Shown piece by piece: positions 38,238 to 48,099 of a stretch of 64,000 nt of DNA; within the stretch, counting starts at the first letter, position 1, and every line of letters begins with the position of its first letter. The stretch comes from Myxococcota bacterium (GTDB lineage: Bacteria; Myxococcota_A; Polyangia; Nannocystales; Nannocystaceae): assembly GCA_039028615.1 (NCBI GenBank), contig JBCCHT010000014.1, positions 32,001 through 96,000 on the forward strand, given 5' to 3'. Below the pieces are notes generated by a model that ran no database searches, was not told the origin of the DNA, and saw only the letters and a list, made by a program, of their open reading frames with translations. Made by a program: the position numbers and the translations under genes.

Positions 38238-38939
38238 TCAGTATTCGTCGTGCCGCTTGACCCACTCCATCGCCCAGCGCAGGCCCTGCTCGTCGCGCCC
38301 CTTCGCGGTGAGGTCGAGCCAGTGATAGGTGCCGTTGAGCGTGTCGAGCCCGCGAGTATAGGTCGAGTAGGTGTGGAAGACTTCGCCGTCCTGCCGAATG
38401 AACGCGCTCGCGCCCGGCATCTCGCGCCCCCCGACCGGCTTGGTGCCGAAGTTGTAGACGAGCCCGTCGCCTTGCGCCTCGTCCTCGGTGAAGGTCACCG
38501 CGAACTCGCGATTGAAGCCGTTGTCCCCCGCGCTGACCCAGGGAAAGCGCCAGCCCATGCGCTCGGCGTAGCCGGAAAGCGTGGCCACGGGCGCGGTGGA
38601 GACCGCCGCGAAGGCCGTGTCCCGAGCCCGCAGGTGGGGCCGCATGGCGTCGAAGTGGTCGGCCCAGAAGGTGCAGCTGGGGCAGCCCTGCTCCCAGTCG
38701 GCGCCGAACATGAAGTGATAGACCAACAGCTGACTCGAGTCGCCGAACAGGTCGACCAGGCGGCGGGGGCCATCGGCGCTGTCGAACACGTAGTCGGTCT
38801 CGATCCGCCGCCAGGGCAAGGCCCGACGGGCGGCGCTCAGCTCGTCGCGTAGTCGGGTGAGCTCCTTTTCGCGGGCCATGAGCTCGAGCCTCGCCGCGGT
38901 CCACTGCTCTTTGCTGGTAATTTCGTGCGCGTCCGCCAT
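38238..38939 (-). CDS. DUF899 thioredoxin-like protein
   Basis: W.AARLELM.REKELTR.RD.L.A.RRALPW, QLLVYHFMFG..W..GCPSC and WLDLTAKGRDE. Confidence 0.9.
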   Translation of the reverse strand: MADAHEITSKEQWTAARLELMAREKELTRLRDELSAARRALPWRRIETDYVFDSADGPRRLVDLFGDSSQLLVYHFMFGADWEQGCPSCTFWADHFDAMRPHLRARDTAFAAVSTAPVATLSGYAERMGWRFPWVSAGDNGFNREFAVTFTEDEAQGDGLVYNFGTKPVGGREMPGASAFIRQDGEVFHTYSTYTRGLDTLNGTYHWLDLTAKGRDEQGLRWAMEWVKRHDEY

Positions 38940-39021
38940 GACCGATGGCTTAGCGCCCCCGCGACGAAGGTGGGAGTAACAATACGGGCGGGATACTCCT
39001 GGACCGCCCGCAATCGACACG

Positions 39022-40227
39022 ATGGACTCCGCGATCAACACCGCGGCCCGGGCTCTGGCCGCGGGCGACCCCCTCGCGGCCCTCGACCTGGTCGCGCTGC
39101 GGCAGGACGCTCCCGGGCTGGCCCTGCGGGGCGTGGCGATGGCCCAGCTCGGCGAGCTGGCCCGGGCCAAGCAGCTGCTTCAGCAGGCCACCGACCGCTT
39201 CGACGAGGCCGAGACGCTGGCCCGAGCCCGGTGTGTCACCGCGTGCAGCGAGGTCGCGCTAGCGATGCGGGACCTCGGACCCCATGAGGATCTGCCCGAC
39301 GCCATCGCCGTGTTGGAGTCCGGGGGCGACCACGCCAACGCCACGCACGCGCGGCTGCTCGAGCTGCGTCGCATGCTGCTGCTCGGGCGCATCGACGAAG
39401 CCGAATCGCAGCGGCAGCGCCTCGAGATCGAAGGGATGCCGCCGGCCTTGGGCGCCATTGCGGAGCTGGCCACGGCGGAAATTGCCATGCGGCGGATCCA
39501 GGCGCGGGCCGCCGCCGCCGCGGTGGACGAGGCCCACGAACAGGCGCTGCGGGCCGGGATCCCAGCGCTCGTCGCCGAGACCGAGTCGGCCCGGCAGCGA
39601 CTACGCCAACCCGCCGCGCGGACCCCTTCGCCCGAGGGATTGCGTCCGCTGCGGCTGCCCGAGGTGGAGGACCTGCTGGCCTCCGAGGGCTTCGTCGTCA
39701 ACGCCTGTCGGCGCACGGTGGGCATGGCATCGGACCTCATCTCGCTCGCTCGACGGCCCGTGCTCTTCGAACTCGCCGCGAGCCTCGCGTCCGCCTGGCC
39801 CGAGGCCGTCGACCGCGAGACGTTGGTCCGCCTGGTGTTCGACGCCAAGGTGAGCGAGTCGCTGCGAGCCCGACTCCGCGTCGAGGTCGGGCGGCTGCGG
39901 GCGCTCCTTCGCGGGCGAGCGCTCATCGAGGCCACCGCGGACGGCTTCGCCTTGCGGACGTCGGGCGACGCCGAGGTCCACGTGCTCTACCCGCCGATCG
40001 ACGGCGAACACGGGGCGGTCATGGCCTTGCTCGCCGACGGAGCACCGTGGTCGACCTCGGCCTTGGCCCTCGCCTTGGGGGTCAGCCAGCGAACGGCGCA
40101 GCGTGCCCTGTCCGAGCTCCGAGAGTCGGGCCGTGTACGCAGCATCGGGCGCGCCCGGGCCCTGCGATGGCTGGCGCCCCCCGTGCTGGATTTCACGACA
40201 GTCTTGTTACTCCCGGTCCTCGGCTGA
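39022..40227 (+). CDS. Helical-repeat/HTH DNA-binding protein
   Basis: AARALAAGDPLAAL..VALR.D...LALRG.AMAQLG; C-terminal HTH WSTSALALALGVSQRTAQRAL. Confidence 0.85.
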   Translation: MDSAINTAARALAAGDPLAALDLVALRQDAPGLALRGVAMAQLGELARAKQLLQQATDRFDEAETLARARCVTACSEVALAMRDLGPHEDLPDAIAVLESGGDHANATHARLLELRRMLLLGRIDEAESQRQRLEIEGMPPALGAIAELATAEIAMRRIQARAAAAAVDEAHEQALRAGIPALVAETESARQRLRQPAARTPSPEGLRPLRLPEVEDLLASEGFVVNACRRTVGMASDLISLARRPVLFELAASLASAWPEAVDRETLVRLVFDAKVSESLRARLRVEVGRLRALLRGRALIEATADGFALRTSGDAEVHVLYPPIDGEHGAVMALLADGAPWSTSALALALGVSQRTAQRALSELRESGRVRSIGRARALRWLAPPVLDFTTVLLLPVLG

Positions 40228-40249
40228 AGGGCGCTACGCTCCGCGCACG

Positions 40250-40909
40250 ATGTCTACCCCGACCCCCTCCCCCTCGAACGACCTGCTCATCGTGCAGCGG
40301 GAATACGGACCCTTCGACGACAAGCCCGCCAATGGCGTGACCCACGACGGACAGCGGCTGTGGGTGGGCAGCGGCGACCGGATGCACGCCGTCGATCCCA
40401 GCGCGGGCGAAGTGGTGCGGACGTTGCCGCTGTCGGCCGATGCCGGCACCGCGTTCGACGGGACGCACCTGTATCAGCTCACGGGCGACCAAATCCAAGT
40501 GGTCGAGCTCGAGACGGGCGAGGTCCAGCGCTCGATCCCGGCGCCCGGGGGTGGTCGCGACTCGGGGCTGACTTGGGCCGAGGGCACGCTGTGGGTGGGC
40601 CAGTTCCGAGACCGCACCATCATCCAGATCGACCCCGAGGACGGAGCGGTCCTCAAGACGCTGCGTTCGGATCGCTTCGTGACCGGGGTGACCTTCGTCG
40701 ACGGCGAGCTGTGGCACGGGACCCTGGAGAACGAGTCGAGCGAGCTGCGGCGCATCGATCCGCACAGTGGAGCCGTGCTCCAGAGCCATCCGGCTCCGCC
40801 GGGGGTCACGATCGCGGGGCTGAGCTCGGATGGGCAGCAGTTTTTCTGCGGCAGCGGGTACGAGGGCCGCGTACGCACGATCGCCCGCCCCGAGACGACG
40901 TCGGAGTAG
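40250..40909 (+). CDS. Glutamine cyclotransferase-like beta-propeller protein
   Basis: REYGPF...GVTHDG..LW, DAGTAFDG, DSGLTWAEGTLWVGQ and FVTGVT.VDGELWHGT. Confidence 0.8.
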   Translation: MSTPTPSPSNDLLIVQREYGPFDDKPANGVTHDGQRLWVGSGDRMHAVDPSAGEVVRTLPLSADAGTAFDGTHLYQLTGDQIQVVELETGEVQRSIPAPGGGRDSGLTWAEGTLWVGQFRDRTIIQIDPEDGAVLKTLRSDRFVTGVTFVDGELWHGTLENESSELRRIDPHSGAVLQSHPAPPGVTIAGLSSDGQQFFCGSGYEGRVRTIARPETTSE

Positions 40910-40956
40910 CCCGAAGGGTTCGGGCCTCGCGAGCTACGCCTGCCGCCGGGGCACCA

Positions 40957-42222
40957 TCAACTGGCGTGTTCGCTGGCGCGGGCTCGAGCCAGCAGCTCGT
41001 CTCGCGTGTTCTGAGCCGGATCGACCAGCACCGCGTCGAGCAGCTCGGCCAGACAACGACCGAGACCGGGCCCCGGCTTCACCACGCCATCGGCAATGAG
41101 GTCACGCCCCTTGATCGCCAGCTCCCCCGCGCTGAGGGCCGCCCCCTGCAGGGCCGCGTGGATGGCCACCCGACGAGCGTCGTCGGCCGCCAGCAGGTCG
41201 AGCGCCGCAGGCAGGTGGGCACGAGTCAGCGTCGCCACGGCACGGCGAATCGCCTCGGGCTCGCTCGCCGCCGCCAGAGCACGCATGCCGTCACCGGTCA
41301 GGGCCAGGACCTCGGCCCGCTCGACCTTGCTCGGCTTGAGGTTCTCGATGCAGGCCTTGATGGCCCCGGCGTGCTCGCAGCCGGCGGCTGCCAGCGGCCA
41401 CAGAAGCCGCGCCAGCCGAGGCGTGGGCCCACGAGGCATGGCATCCACCGCGGCGATGGCGGACTCGTAGTCGTCGTCCTGCGGAAGCGGCAGCAGAGCA
41501 TGCGGCCAGATCCCCGTGCGCCACATCGGCCGCAGCCCCGCCGAGGGCCGCTCGCTGGCCAGCAGCTTGGTCAGCTCCACGTGCACCCGCTCGCGGCTGA
41601 CCTTGGCCAGCACGTCCAGTGCATCGGGAATCGCGGCGGCCGTCTGCTCTTCGAGCGAAAGGCCCCGCGTGGCACAGAACCGAACCGCCCGCATCGTCCG
41701 CAGGCCGTCTTCGCGGAAGCGCTCCAGCGGCACGCCCACCGCCCGCACCACGCTCGCCTGCAGATCGGCCAGGCCGTCGAAGGGATCGGAGAAGCGCTGC
41801 TCGATGGGGTCCCACGCGAACGCGTTGACGGTGAAGTCCCGCCGCGCCAGGTCCTCGACCAGGTCGCGCAGGAAGGTGACCGACTCCGGCCGCCGACCGT
41901 CGACATAGGCTCCCTCCCCTCGGAAGGTCGTGATCTCGACGGGGTGGGTCTGGTCACCGTCGCGCACCATCACCGTGACCGTGCCGTGCTGCATCCCGGT
42001 GGGGATGGTACGGCGAAACAGCCCGATCACTTCCTGCGGCGTGGCGGAGCTGGCCAGGTCCCAGTCGTTGGCGGGCAGCCCGAGCAGCACGTCACGCACC
42101 GCCCCGCCGACCAGCACTGCGGCGTGACCGGCCTGCTGGAGCCGACGTGCCACCTCGACCACCGGTCCCGGCACGGGCGCGGCCGACAGCCGCTGCACGG
42201 CGAGCGCCTCGTCGATGGCCAT
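40957..42222 (-). CDS. Class II tRNA nucleotidyltransferase (CCA- or A-adding)
   Basis: VGGAVRD.LLG...NDWDLA, EITTFRGEG.Y.DGRRP, EDLARRDFTVNA and EDGLRTMRAVRF. Confidence 0.92.
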   Translation of the reverse strand: MAIDEALAVQRLSAAPVPGPVVEVARRLQQAGHAAVLVGGAVRDVLLGLPANDWDLASSATPQEVIGLFRRTIPTGMQHGTVTVMVRDGDQTHPVEITTFRGEGAYVDGRRPESVTFLRDLVEDLARRDFTVNAFAWDPIEQRFSDPFDGLADLQASVVRAVGVPLERFREDGLRTMRAVRFCATRGLSLEEQTAAAIPDALDVLAKVSRERVHVELTKLLASERPSAGLRPMWRTGIWPHALLPLPQDDDYESAIAAVDAMPRGPTPRLARLLWPLAAAGCEHAGAIKACIENLKPSKVERAEVLALTGDGMRALAAASEPEAIRRAVATLTRAHLPAALDLLAADDARRVAIHAALQGAALSAGELAIKGRDLIADGVVKPGPGLGRCLAELLDAVLVDPAQNTRDELLARARASEHAS

Positions 42223-42224
42223 CC

Positions 42225-45044
42225 CTACCCCTTGCACTCGGCCCAGGTCTGGCCGTGGCCGGCGTCGACCTTGAGCGGGACTTTGAGCGAGTAGGCGCCT
42301 TCCATCAGCGGCCGCGCCAGGGCGACCAGCTCGTCGACGTGCCCCTCGTCGCACTCGAAGATCAACTCGTCGTGCACGGTGAGCAGCATCTGCGCCCACG
42401 GAATCTTCGCCAGCGCATCCTCGACCGCGATCATGGCGATCTTCAGGATGTCGGCCGCACTGCCCTGAATCGGCGTGTTGCGGGCCATTCGCTCGCCGTG
42501 CTGCCGCGCGGCGCCCTTGCGGGCCAGCTCGGGGATCCGGCGCTTGCGACCGAGGATGGTCTCGGCGTAGCCGCGTGCCTTGGCGGTGGCCACCAGCTCG
42601 TTCATGTAGCGGTCGACGCCGGGGATCTTCTCGAAGTAGGCCCGGATGTAGCTGCCCGCCTTGCCCCGCGGGATGCCGAGCTGCTGCGCCAACCCGAAGG
42701 CGGTCTGCCCGTAGATCACGCCGAAGTTGACCGCCTTGGCGATGCGCCGCTGCTCGCTGCTCACCTCGCCTTCGGGCACCTCGAACACCTCGGAGGCGGT
42801 GCGGCGGTGCACGTCGACGTCGTCGACGAACGCGGAGCTGAGGTTGGGGTCGCCGCTCATGTGGGCGAGCACCCGCAGCTCGATCTGCGAGTAGTCGATC
42901 GCGACGAGGCGCTTGCCCGGTGGCGCGACGAAGGCCTCGCGGATACGTCGCCCCTCAGCGGTGCGAATGGGGATGTTCTGCAGGTTGGGGTCAGAGCTCG
43001 ACAGCCGCCCCGTGGCCGCCACCGCCTGGTGGAAGCGGGTATGCAGCCGCCCCGTGCGTTGGTTGACCAGCGTGGGGAACACGTCGAGGTAGGTCCCCTT
43101 GAGCTTGGTCAGGCTGCGATAGACGAGGATGTCCTTGACGATGGGGTCGAGCAGCGACAGCTCCTCGAGCACGCGCGCGTCGGTGCTGTAGCCGGTCTTG
43201 GTCTTGCGCGTGGCCGGCAGGCCCCGCTCCTCGAAGAGCAGCTTGCGCAGCTGGATCGGCGAGTCGAGATTGAGTGCGTAGCCGGCCTCCTTCTCGACCC
43301 GCTTTTGGATCTCGGTGATGGTGGCCCCCAGCTCGGCCGCTTGTTTCTGCAGCACGGACGCGTCCAGGGTGATGCCGCGGGCTTCCACCTGCAGCAGCAC
43401 GTCGACCAGCGGCTTTTCGATCGTCGCGTAGAGCTTGGTCAGCGCCTCGTCGGCGCCGTCCATCTGCTCGGACATCGCCTGGCCGAGGCCCCGCACGAGG
43501 TCGACGTGCTCGGTGAGCCACGACGCGGCGGGGGCGAACGCCAGGTCGGGCAGTCGGACCGCCTTGCGCCCCTTGCCGAGCACCTTGTCGGGCGCGCGCA
43601 GGGTGTGGCCGAGCACGTCCTTGGACAGCGCCGCCAGGGCGTGCGAGCTGCGAGCCGGGTCGAGCACGTACGACGCCAGCATCAGGTCGAGCGTCACGCC
43701 CTCGAGGGCAAGACCCGCGCGCTCCAGCGCCTGCGCCTGGGTCTTGTGGTCGTGCATGACCTTGGGCGGCGTGGTGGCGGCGAAGATGGGCTTGAGCGTC
43801 TCGAGCACCTCCGCCGCGTCGCGCTGCGTGCCTTCGACCAGGTCGCCCTGACGGTGACCGATCGGCACATAGACCGGCTGGCTCAGCTCGCCCTCGAGCC
43901 CCTCGGCGGCCAGGGCCACGCCCACCACCTCGGCTTCGAGCGCATCGTTGCCTTCGAGGGCCAGGTGCACCGCGATGCGCGTGGCCTTGGGCAGCGCCGC
44001 GACGTAGGCCTTCCACTCGTCGTCGTGCGCCGACAGCAGCAGGCGATGCGCGTCGCCAGCCGCCGCAAACCCCGAGACCGGCTCGAGCTCGGTCGCGCCG
44101 ATGGTCGTCGATGCCGTGGTCGAGCGGGGCGTACCGCGGGTGGCCTTGGAGCCCAGCTCGCGCAGCACCAGCTTGAAGCCCAGTGGCTCGAAGAACGCGA
44201 CGAGCGTATCGTCGTCCGGGCCGTTGTCGGCCAACGACTCCAGCGGAGCGGGCAGCTCGAGCTGGTCTTGCAGCGCCACCAGCCGTCGCGAGATGCGGGC
44301 GTCCTCGGCGTGCTCGATGAGCCGTTCGCGTCGCTTCTTCTGCTTGATGTCGGGCGCGGCCTTCAGCACCCCCTCGAGGCTCCCGTACTCGTGCAGCAGC
44401 GTGGAGGCCGTCTTGGGGCCGATGCCGGGCACGCCGGGCACGTTGTCGGAGCTGTCGCCCGTCAGGGCGAGCAGGTCGCCGAGCAACGCGGGCGGGACCC
44501 CGAACTTGGCCTCGACCTCGGGCGGCCCGACCAAGCGCTGCTTCATGGTGTCGTACAGGTAGATGGCCGGGCGCTCGTCGTCCCCGGCATCACACAGCTG
44601 CATCAGGTCTTTGTCGCTGGAGACGATGATCACCCGCTTGCCCGCGGCCTGAGCCGCCCGGGCGTAGCTGGCGATGACGTCGTCCGCCTCGTAGCCCTTG
44701 TGGTCGATGCGAGTGATGCCCATCGCATCGACGGCCTCGCGTACGAGGGAAAACTGGGGCACCAGGTCGTCGGGCGCGGGGGGACGGTTGGCCTTGTACT
44801 CGGGGTACATCTCGCGACGGCCCCCGTCGCCGCCCGCATCGAACACGGTGGCGAGCATCTCGGGGGCGTAGTCGCGGCGGGTCGCCTGCACCATGCGAAC
44901 GAAGCCGTGCACCGCGTTCACGGGGCGGCCATCGGGCGCGTTGAGCATGGGCAACGCGTGATAGGCCCGGAACACGAAGTTGTAGGCGTCGAACAGGAAC
45001 AGCGAGCCGGCGCCGCCGGGGGGTTTGTCCGGGGTCTGACTCAT
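42225..45044 (-). CDS. polA: DNA polymerase I
   Basis: 5'-3' exonuclease (FRAYHA, YKANR, EADDVI, GDSSDNVPGVPGIGPKTA) and polymerase motifs (TGRLSSSDPNLQNIP, DYSQIELR, AKAVNFGVIYG, VHDEL). Confidence 0.97.
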   Translation of the reverse strand: MSQTPDKPPGGAGSLFLFDAYNFVFRAYHALPMLNAPDGRPVNAVHGFVRMVQATRRDYAPEMLATVFDAGGDGGRREMYPEYKANRPPAPDDLVPQFSLVREAVDAMGITRIDHKGYEADDVIASYARAAQAAGKRVIIVSSDKDLMQLCDAGDDERPAIYLYDTMKQRLVGPPEVEAKFGVPPALLGDLLALTGDSSDNVPGVPGIGPKTASTLLHEYGSLEGVLKAAPDIKQKKRRERLIEHAEDARISRRLVALQDQLELPAPLESLADNGPDDDTLVAFFEPLGFKLVLRELGSKATRGTPRSTTASTTIGATELEPVSGFAAAGDAHRLLLSAHDDEWKAYVAALPKATRIAVHLALEGNDALEAEVVGVALAAEGLEGELSQPVYVPIGHRQGDLVEGTQRDAAEVLETLKPIFAATTPPKVMHDHKTQAQALERAGLALEGVTLDLMLASYVLDPARSSHALAALSKDVLGHTLRAPDKVLGKGRKAVRLPDLAFAPAASWLTEHVDLVRGLGQAMSEQMDGADEALTKLYATIEKPLVDVLLQVEARGITLDASVLQKQAAELGATITEIQKRVEKEAGYALNLDSPIQLRKLLFEERGLPATRKTKTGYSTDARVLEELSLLDPIVKDILVYRSLTKLKGTYLDVFPTLVNQRTGRLHTRFHQAVAATGRLSSSDPNLQNIPIRTAEGRRIREAFVAPPGKRLVAIDYSQIELRVLAHMSGDPNLSSAFVDDVDVHRRTASEVFEVPEGEVSSEQRRIAKAVNFGVIYGQTAFGLAQQLGIPRGKAGSYIRAYFEKIPGVDRYMNELVATAKARGYAETILGRKRRIPELARKGAARQHGERMARNTPIQGSAADILKIAMIAVEDALAKIPWAQMLLTVHDELIFECDEGHVDELVALARPLMEGAYSLKVPLKVDAGHGQTWAECKG

Positions 45045-46396
45045 GCGGGGGTCTCCGGGTCGCGAGCGAATACGCTGGAATGGCGACGCGCGTGCAGATA
45101 CCCCGCCTGCACCAGGCTGGTCACCGGGATGGCGAGCAACGCCCCCGTGAGACCGAACACGTGCTCACCCGCGAGCAGCGCGAAGATGACGAGCACGGGG
45201 TGGATATGCGCCGAATCGCCGATGATCTTGGGGTTGAGGACGTTGGCCTCGAGCAGGTGGATGCCCGCGATCCAGGCCAGGATGCCGATGGCGGGGCCGA
45301 AGCCGTCGCTCAGACCGTCCCCCGAGGACACCAACGCGATCACCACGATGGGGATCGACGAGATGATCGTGCCGAAGATCGGGACGAGGCTGAACATTCC
45401 GGCAAGCAGGCCCAGCAAGAAGCTGTACTTGATCCCGAAGATCACCAGGCCCACGAAGGTGAGCGCGCCGTTGACCAGGCAGATCAGCAGCTGGCCGCGG
45501 ATCACCCCACCCAGGCCGCGGTCCATGCTGACCCACAGCTCCTCGAACTGACCGCGATACTCGAAGGGCACCAGCGATCGAATGAAGCGGTTGACCCGGT
45601 CGACGTCGACGAGCACGAAGGCCGCGATCATGAAGGTGATGACGAAGCTGGTCAGGAAGCTCGTCACGCCACGAATGAAGGACTGGGCGAAGGCACCGAT
45701 CTTGGACGTGAGGTCGGAGCCCTGGCTGGCCAGGTAGGCGCGCAAGGTGTCGCCGAGATCGGGTGCCTCGGCTTGTTCTTCGGCGGGCGGACCCAGGGCC
45801 CAAGTCCCGTCCGAGTGCTGCTCGGCCTGTAGCTGCACCCCCTCGAGGTCGAGCCGCCACGAGCCATCGGGCAGCGGCTCGGCAATGATCTCCGTGTGCG
45901 GGAGTACGGCCGGCTTCCCCGACTCCGGCTTGGTCACGATGTCACTGAAGGTCTCGTCGACCCACTCGGACGCCTTGGGCAGCCACTCCTCGTTGAACTT
46001 GGCCGCGGCGGCAGGCAGGCCGTCGCGCAGCTTGGCCATGTCCTTGACGACGGCGGGAATGAGGAAGCCGATGACCCCCCCCAAGACGCCGAGGATGGCC
46101 AGGTACATCAAGATGACGGGCAGGACCCGACCGATGCGCGGCTGCAGGCGGGCCACGGTGGGCGCGAGCAGGTAGGCCAGCAGCATCGCGAAGACGAAGG
46201 GCAGCACGATGCCGCGGAACAGCACCACCACCAGGACGGCAAAGCCCAAAAAGCCCCACAGGCGGCCGAAGCGACGCAGGGTGGCCAGGATGGTGTCGGG
46301 GCGGCGGCGGATGCCGGTCCGCGATGCGCCCGCTTGAGACGCGCTGGCTTGAGACGCGCCCGCCTGCGACGCGCCGGGTTGGGGTTCGTCGGCCAC
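45041..46396 (-). CDS. AI-2E family transporter
   Basis: LAYLLAP, IRGQLLICL, P.FG..I, EANVLNPKIIG...IHP..V.FALLAG..FGL.G.LLAIP. Confidence 0.9.
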   Translation of the reverse strand: MADEPQPGASQAGASQASASQAGASRTGIRRRPDTILATLRRFGRLWGFLGFAVLVVVLFRGIVLPFVFAMLLAYLLAPTVARLQPRIGRVLPVILMYLAILGVLGGVIGFLIPAVVKDMAKLRDGLPAAAAKFNEEWLPKASEWVDETFSDIVTKPESGKPAVLPHTEIIAEPLPDGSWRLDLEGVQLQAEQHSDGTWALGPPAEEQAEAPDLGDTLRAYLASQGSDLTSKIGAFAQSFIRGVTSFLTSFVITFMIAAFVLVDVDRVNRFIRSLVPFEYRGQFEELWVSMDRGLGGVIRGQLLICLVNGALTFVGLVIFGIKYSFLLGLLAGMFSLVPIFGTIISSIPIVVIALVSSGDGLSDGFGPAIGILAWIAGIHLLEANVLNPKIIGDSAHIHPVLVIFALLAGEHVFGLTGALLAIPVTSLVQAGYLHARRHSSVFARDPETPA

Positions 46397-46399
46397 GCG

Positions 46400-47581
46400 C
46401 TATGCCCTTCCTTGATCGACCACGCGGAACTCCGCGCGCACGCTGCCGGAGGCGGCGACCCGCCCCTCCTCGGAGGCGCTGTCCCAGGCCCCGCACGACT
46501 GGCAGCGGTATCGGAAACGTTCCATCCTCGTGCCGCAGCGACGGCACGAGAGCCGAGGCACGGCCGTCTCGCCCATGGCCGCCTCGCGGGCGGCGTCGCG
46601 CTGGCCTCGGAGCAAGCGCAGCCGCACCAGCTGCAAGCGCGCCGCGGTGCTGGACTCGGCCACGCGCTCGAGGGCCGCCGCCGCCTGCTCGGGATGTTGC
46701 CGCGCCACCAACGGGGCCACCGCGACGATCAGCTGGGCCGAGCGGGTGGTGCGAAGCGAGGCGAGCATGCGCTCGACCAAGTCGGGCACCACCCCTTCTT
46801 CGGTGGCCCACTGCCAGGCCTCGGGCACCACCACGTGCGACGCGGCGGGCAGCATCTCCCACGAGTGCTGCCAGGCTTCCATCGCCAGCTCGGGCTCCCC
46901 CGCCGCCGACTCCACGCGGGCCTTGGCCGTCCACACATGGCTGCTGTCGGGCGCCAGCTCGGAGGCTCGCTCGACGAGTTTTCGGGCCTTGCGGAAATCA
47001 CCTTCGGACATCGCCACGTCGGCTTGCCCGGCCAGCGCATGACCGCGGCCGATCTTGCTCTCGCGTCGGCGACGACCTTCGACCAGCTTCTCGTGGCGCT
47101 CCCAGGCGGCGGCCGCTCGCTCCCACGCGCCCGCCTGCTCGAGCGCCTTGGCCAGCGACTCGAGCGTGGCGACCGAGCGCGGGGCCAGGCTGATGGCCCG
47201 CACCAGGGCCCCGACCGCCGCTCGCTCGTTGCCCTGGGCCAGAAGATCCCGCCCGAGACCGACCAGCGCCGCGACCCGCAGCTCAGCGGGCAGCGTGGCC
47301 GAGGCCAGCACCGTGCGGTGGATCGCCTTGGCCCGCTCGACTCGACCACGACGGCGATCGAGGGCCGCGAGGGCCAGGAACACGGTGGAGTCCCCGGGCT
47401 CGACCTCGGCCACCCGCTCCAGCTCACGGGCGACATTCTCCAGGTCGCCCTCCGCCAGCTCGTACAAGGTACGACTTCGACGGATGAGCGCCTCGGTGAC
47501 CTGACGACGTGGGGCGACATACCACCACCCCCCGGCAAAGCCCGCGGCCAGGCACAGCAGCGCCAATAGCAGGCTGGTCAC
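46400..47581 (-). CDS. lapB: LapB/YciM-like TPR protein with C-terminal rubredoxin zinc ribbon
   Basis: N-terminal TM, RRRGRVERAKAIH, TPRs and CRRCG...CQSCGAWDS. Confidence 0.75.
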   Translation of the reverse strand: MTSLLLALLCLAAGFAGGWWYVAPRRQVTEALIRRSRTLYELAEGDLENVARELERVAEVEPGDSTVFLALAALDRRRGRVERAKAIHRTVLASATLPAELRVAALVGLGRDLLAQGNERAAVGALVRAISLAPRSVATLESLAKALEQAGAWERAAAAWERHEKLVEGRRRRESKIGRGHALAGQADVAMSEGDFRKARKLVERASELAPDSSHVWTAKARVESAAGEPELAMEAWQHSWEMLPAASHVVVPEAWQWATEEGVVPDLVERMLASLRTTRSAQLIVAVAPLVARQHPEQAAAALERVAESSTAARLQLVRLRLLRGQRDAAREAAMGETAVPRLSCRRCGTRMERFRYRCQSCGAWDSASEEGRVAASGSVRAEFRVVDQGRA

Positions 47582-48096
47582 GTCCGAGCGCCTCCTGGGC
47601 CTCGGCCCTCACCCCGGCCTCGATCGACGCCGCGCAGCTCGTCTCGGCGTGCTTGGGCCTGCTCGCGGTGGAGCTTCTCGGTCATCACCTTCTTGGTGCC
47701 GGTCTCGATGTGCGCCTCGGCGGCGAGGATCTCGTCCTCTTCGTGCTGCCGCAGCGGCAACGTTCGAAGCTCCAGGACCTCGCGCTCGAGCTCGCGGACG
47801 CGCCGTTGCATCAGGGCCGCGCCCCGAATGCGAAACGGAGCCCGTATGGCGGCCACGCCCAGCAGGGCCACCGCAACGACCCAACCTCCCAAAAGCACCG
47901 CGAGGTTCACCTCGTAGCGCACATGGGGCAATGGTTCGATCAGATCGAGGCGGGGTACGGCGAGTTCGATCTCGACCCAGGCCGCGTTGGACTGGAGAGT
48001 ATTCGACGCCCACACCACCCCGATGATGAGCAGCGCCAAGCTGACGCCGAGGTAGACCTTGCCGAGCAACGACACCGGGTGCCGCGAACATAGCAA
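47578..48096 (-). CDS. LapA-like membrane protein
   Basis: Two TM segments followed by coiled coil RRVRELEREVLELRTLP; directly upstream of the lapB-like gene. Confidence 0.65.
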   Translation of the reverse strand: MLCSRHPVSLLGKVYLGVSLALLIIGVVWASNTLQSNAAWVEIELAVPRLDLIEPLPHVRYEVNLAVLLGGWVVAVALLGVAAIRAPFRIRGAALMQRRVRELEREVLELRTLPLRQHEEDEILAAEAHIETGTKKVMTEKLHREQAQARRDELRGVDRGRGEGRGPGGART

Positions 48097-48099
48097 GGG

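Noticed and set aside
46322..46380. 15-bp repeats encoding ASQAG in the AI-2E N-terminus
   Set aside because: A short low-complexity linker with no evidence of function or phase variation.
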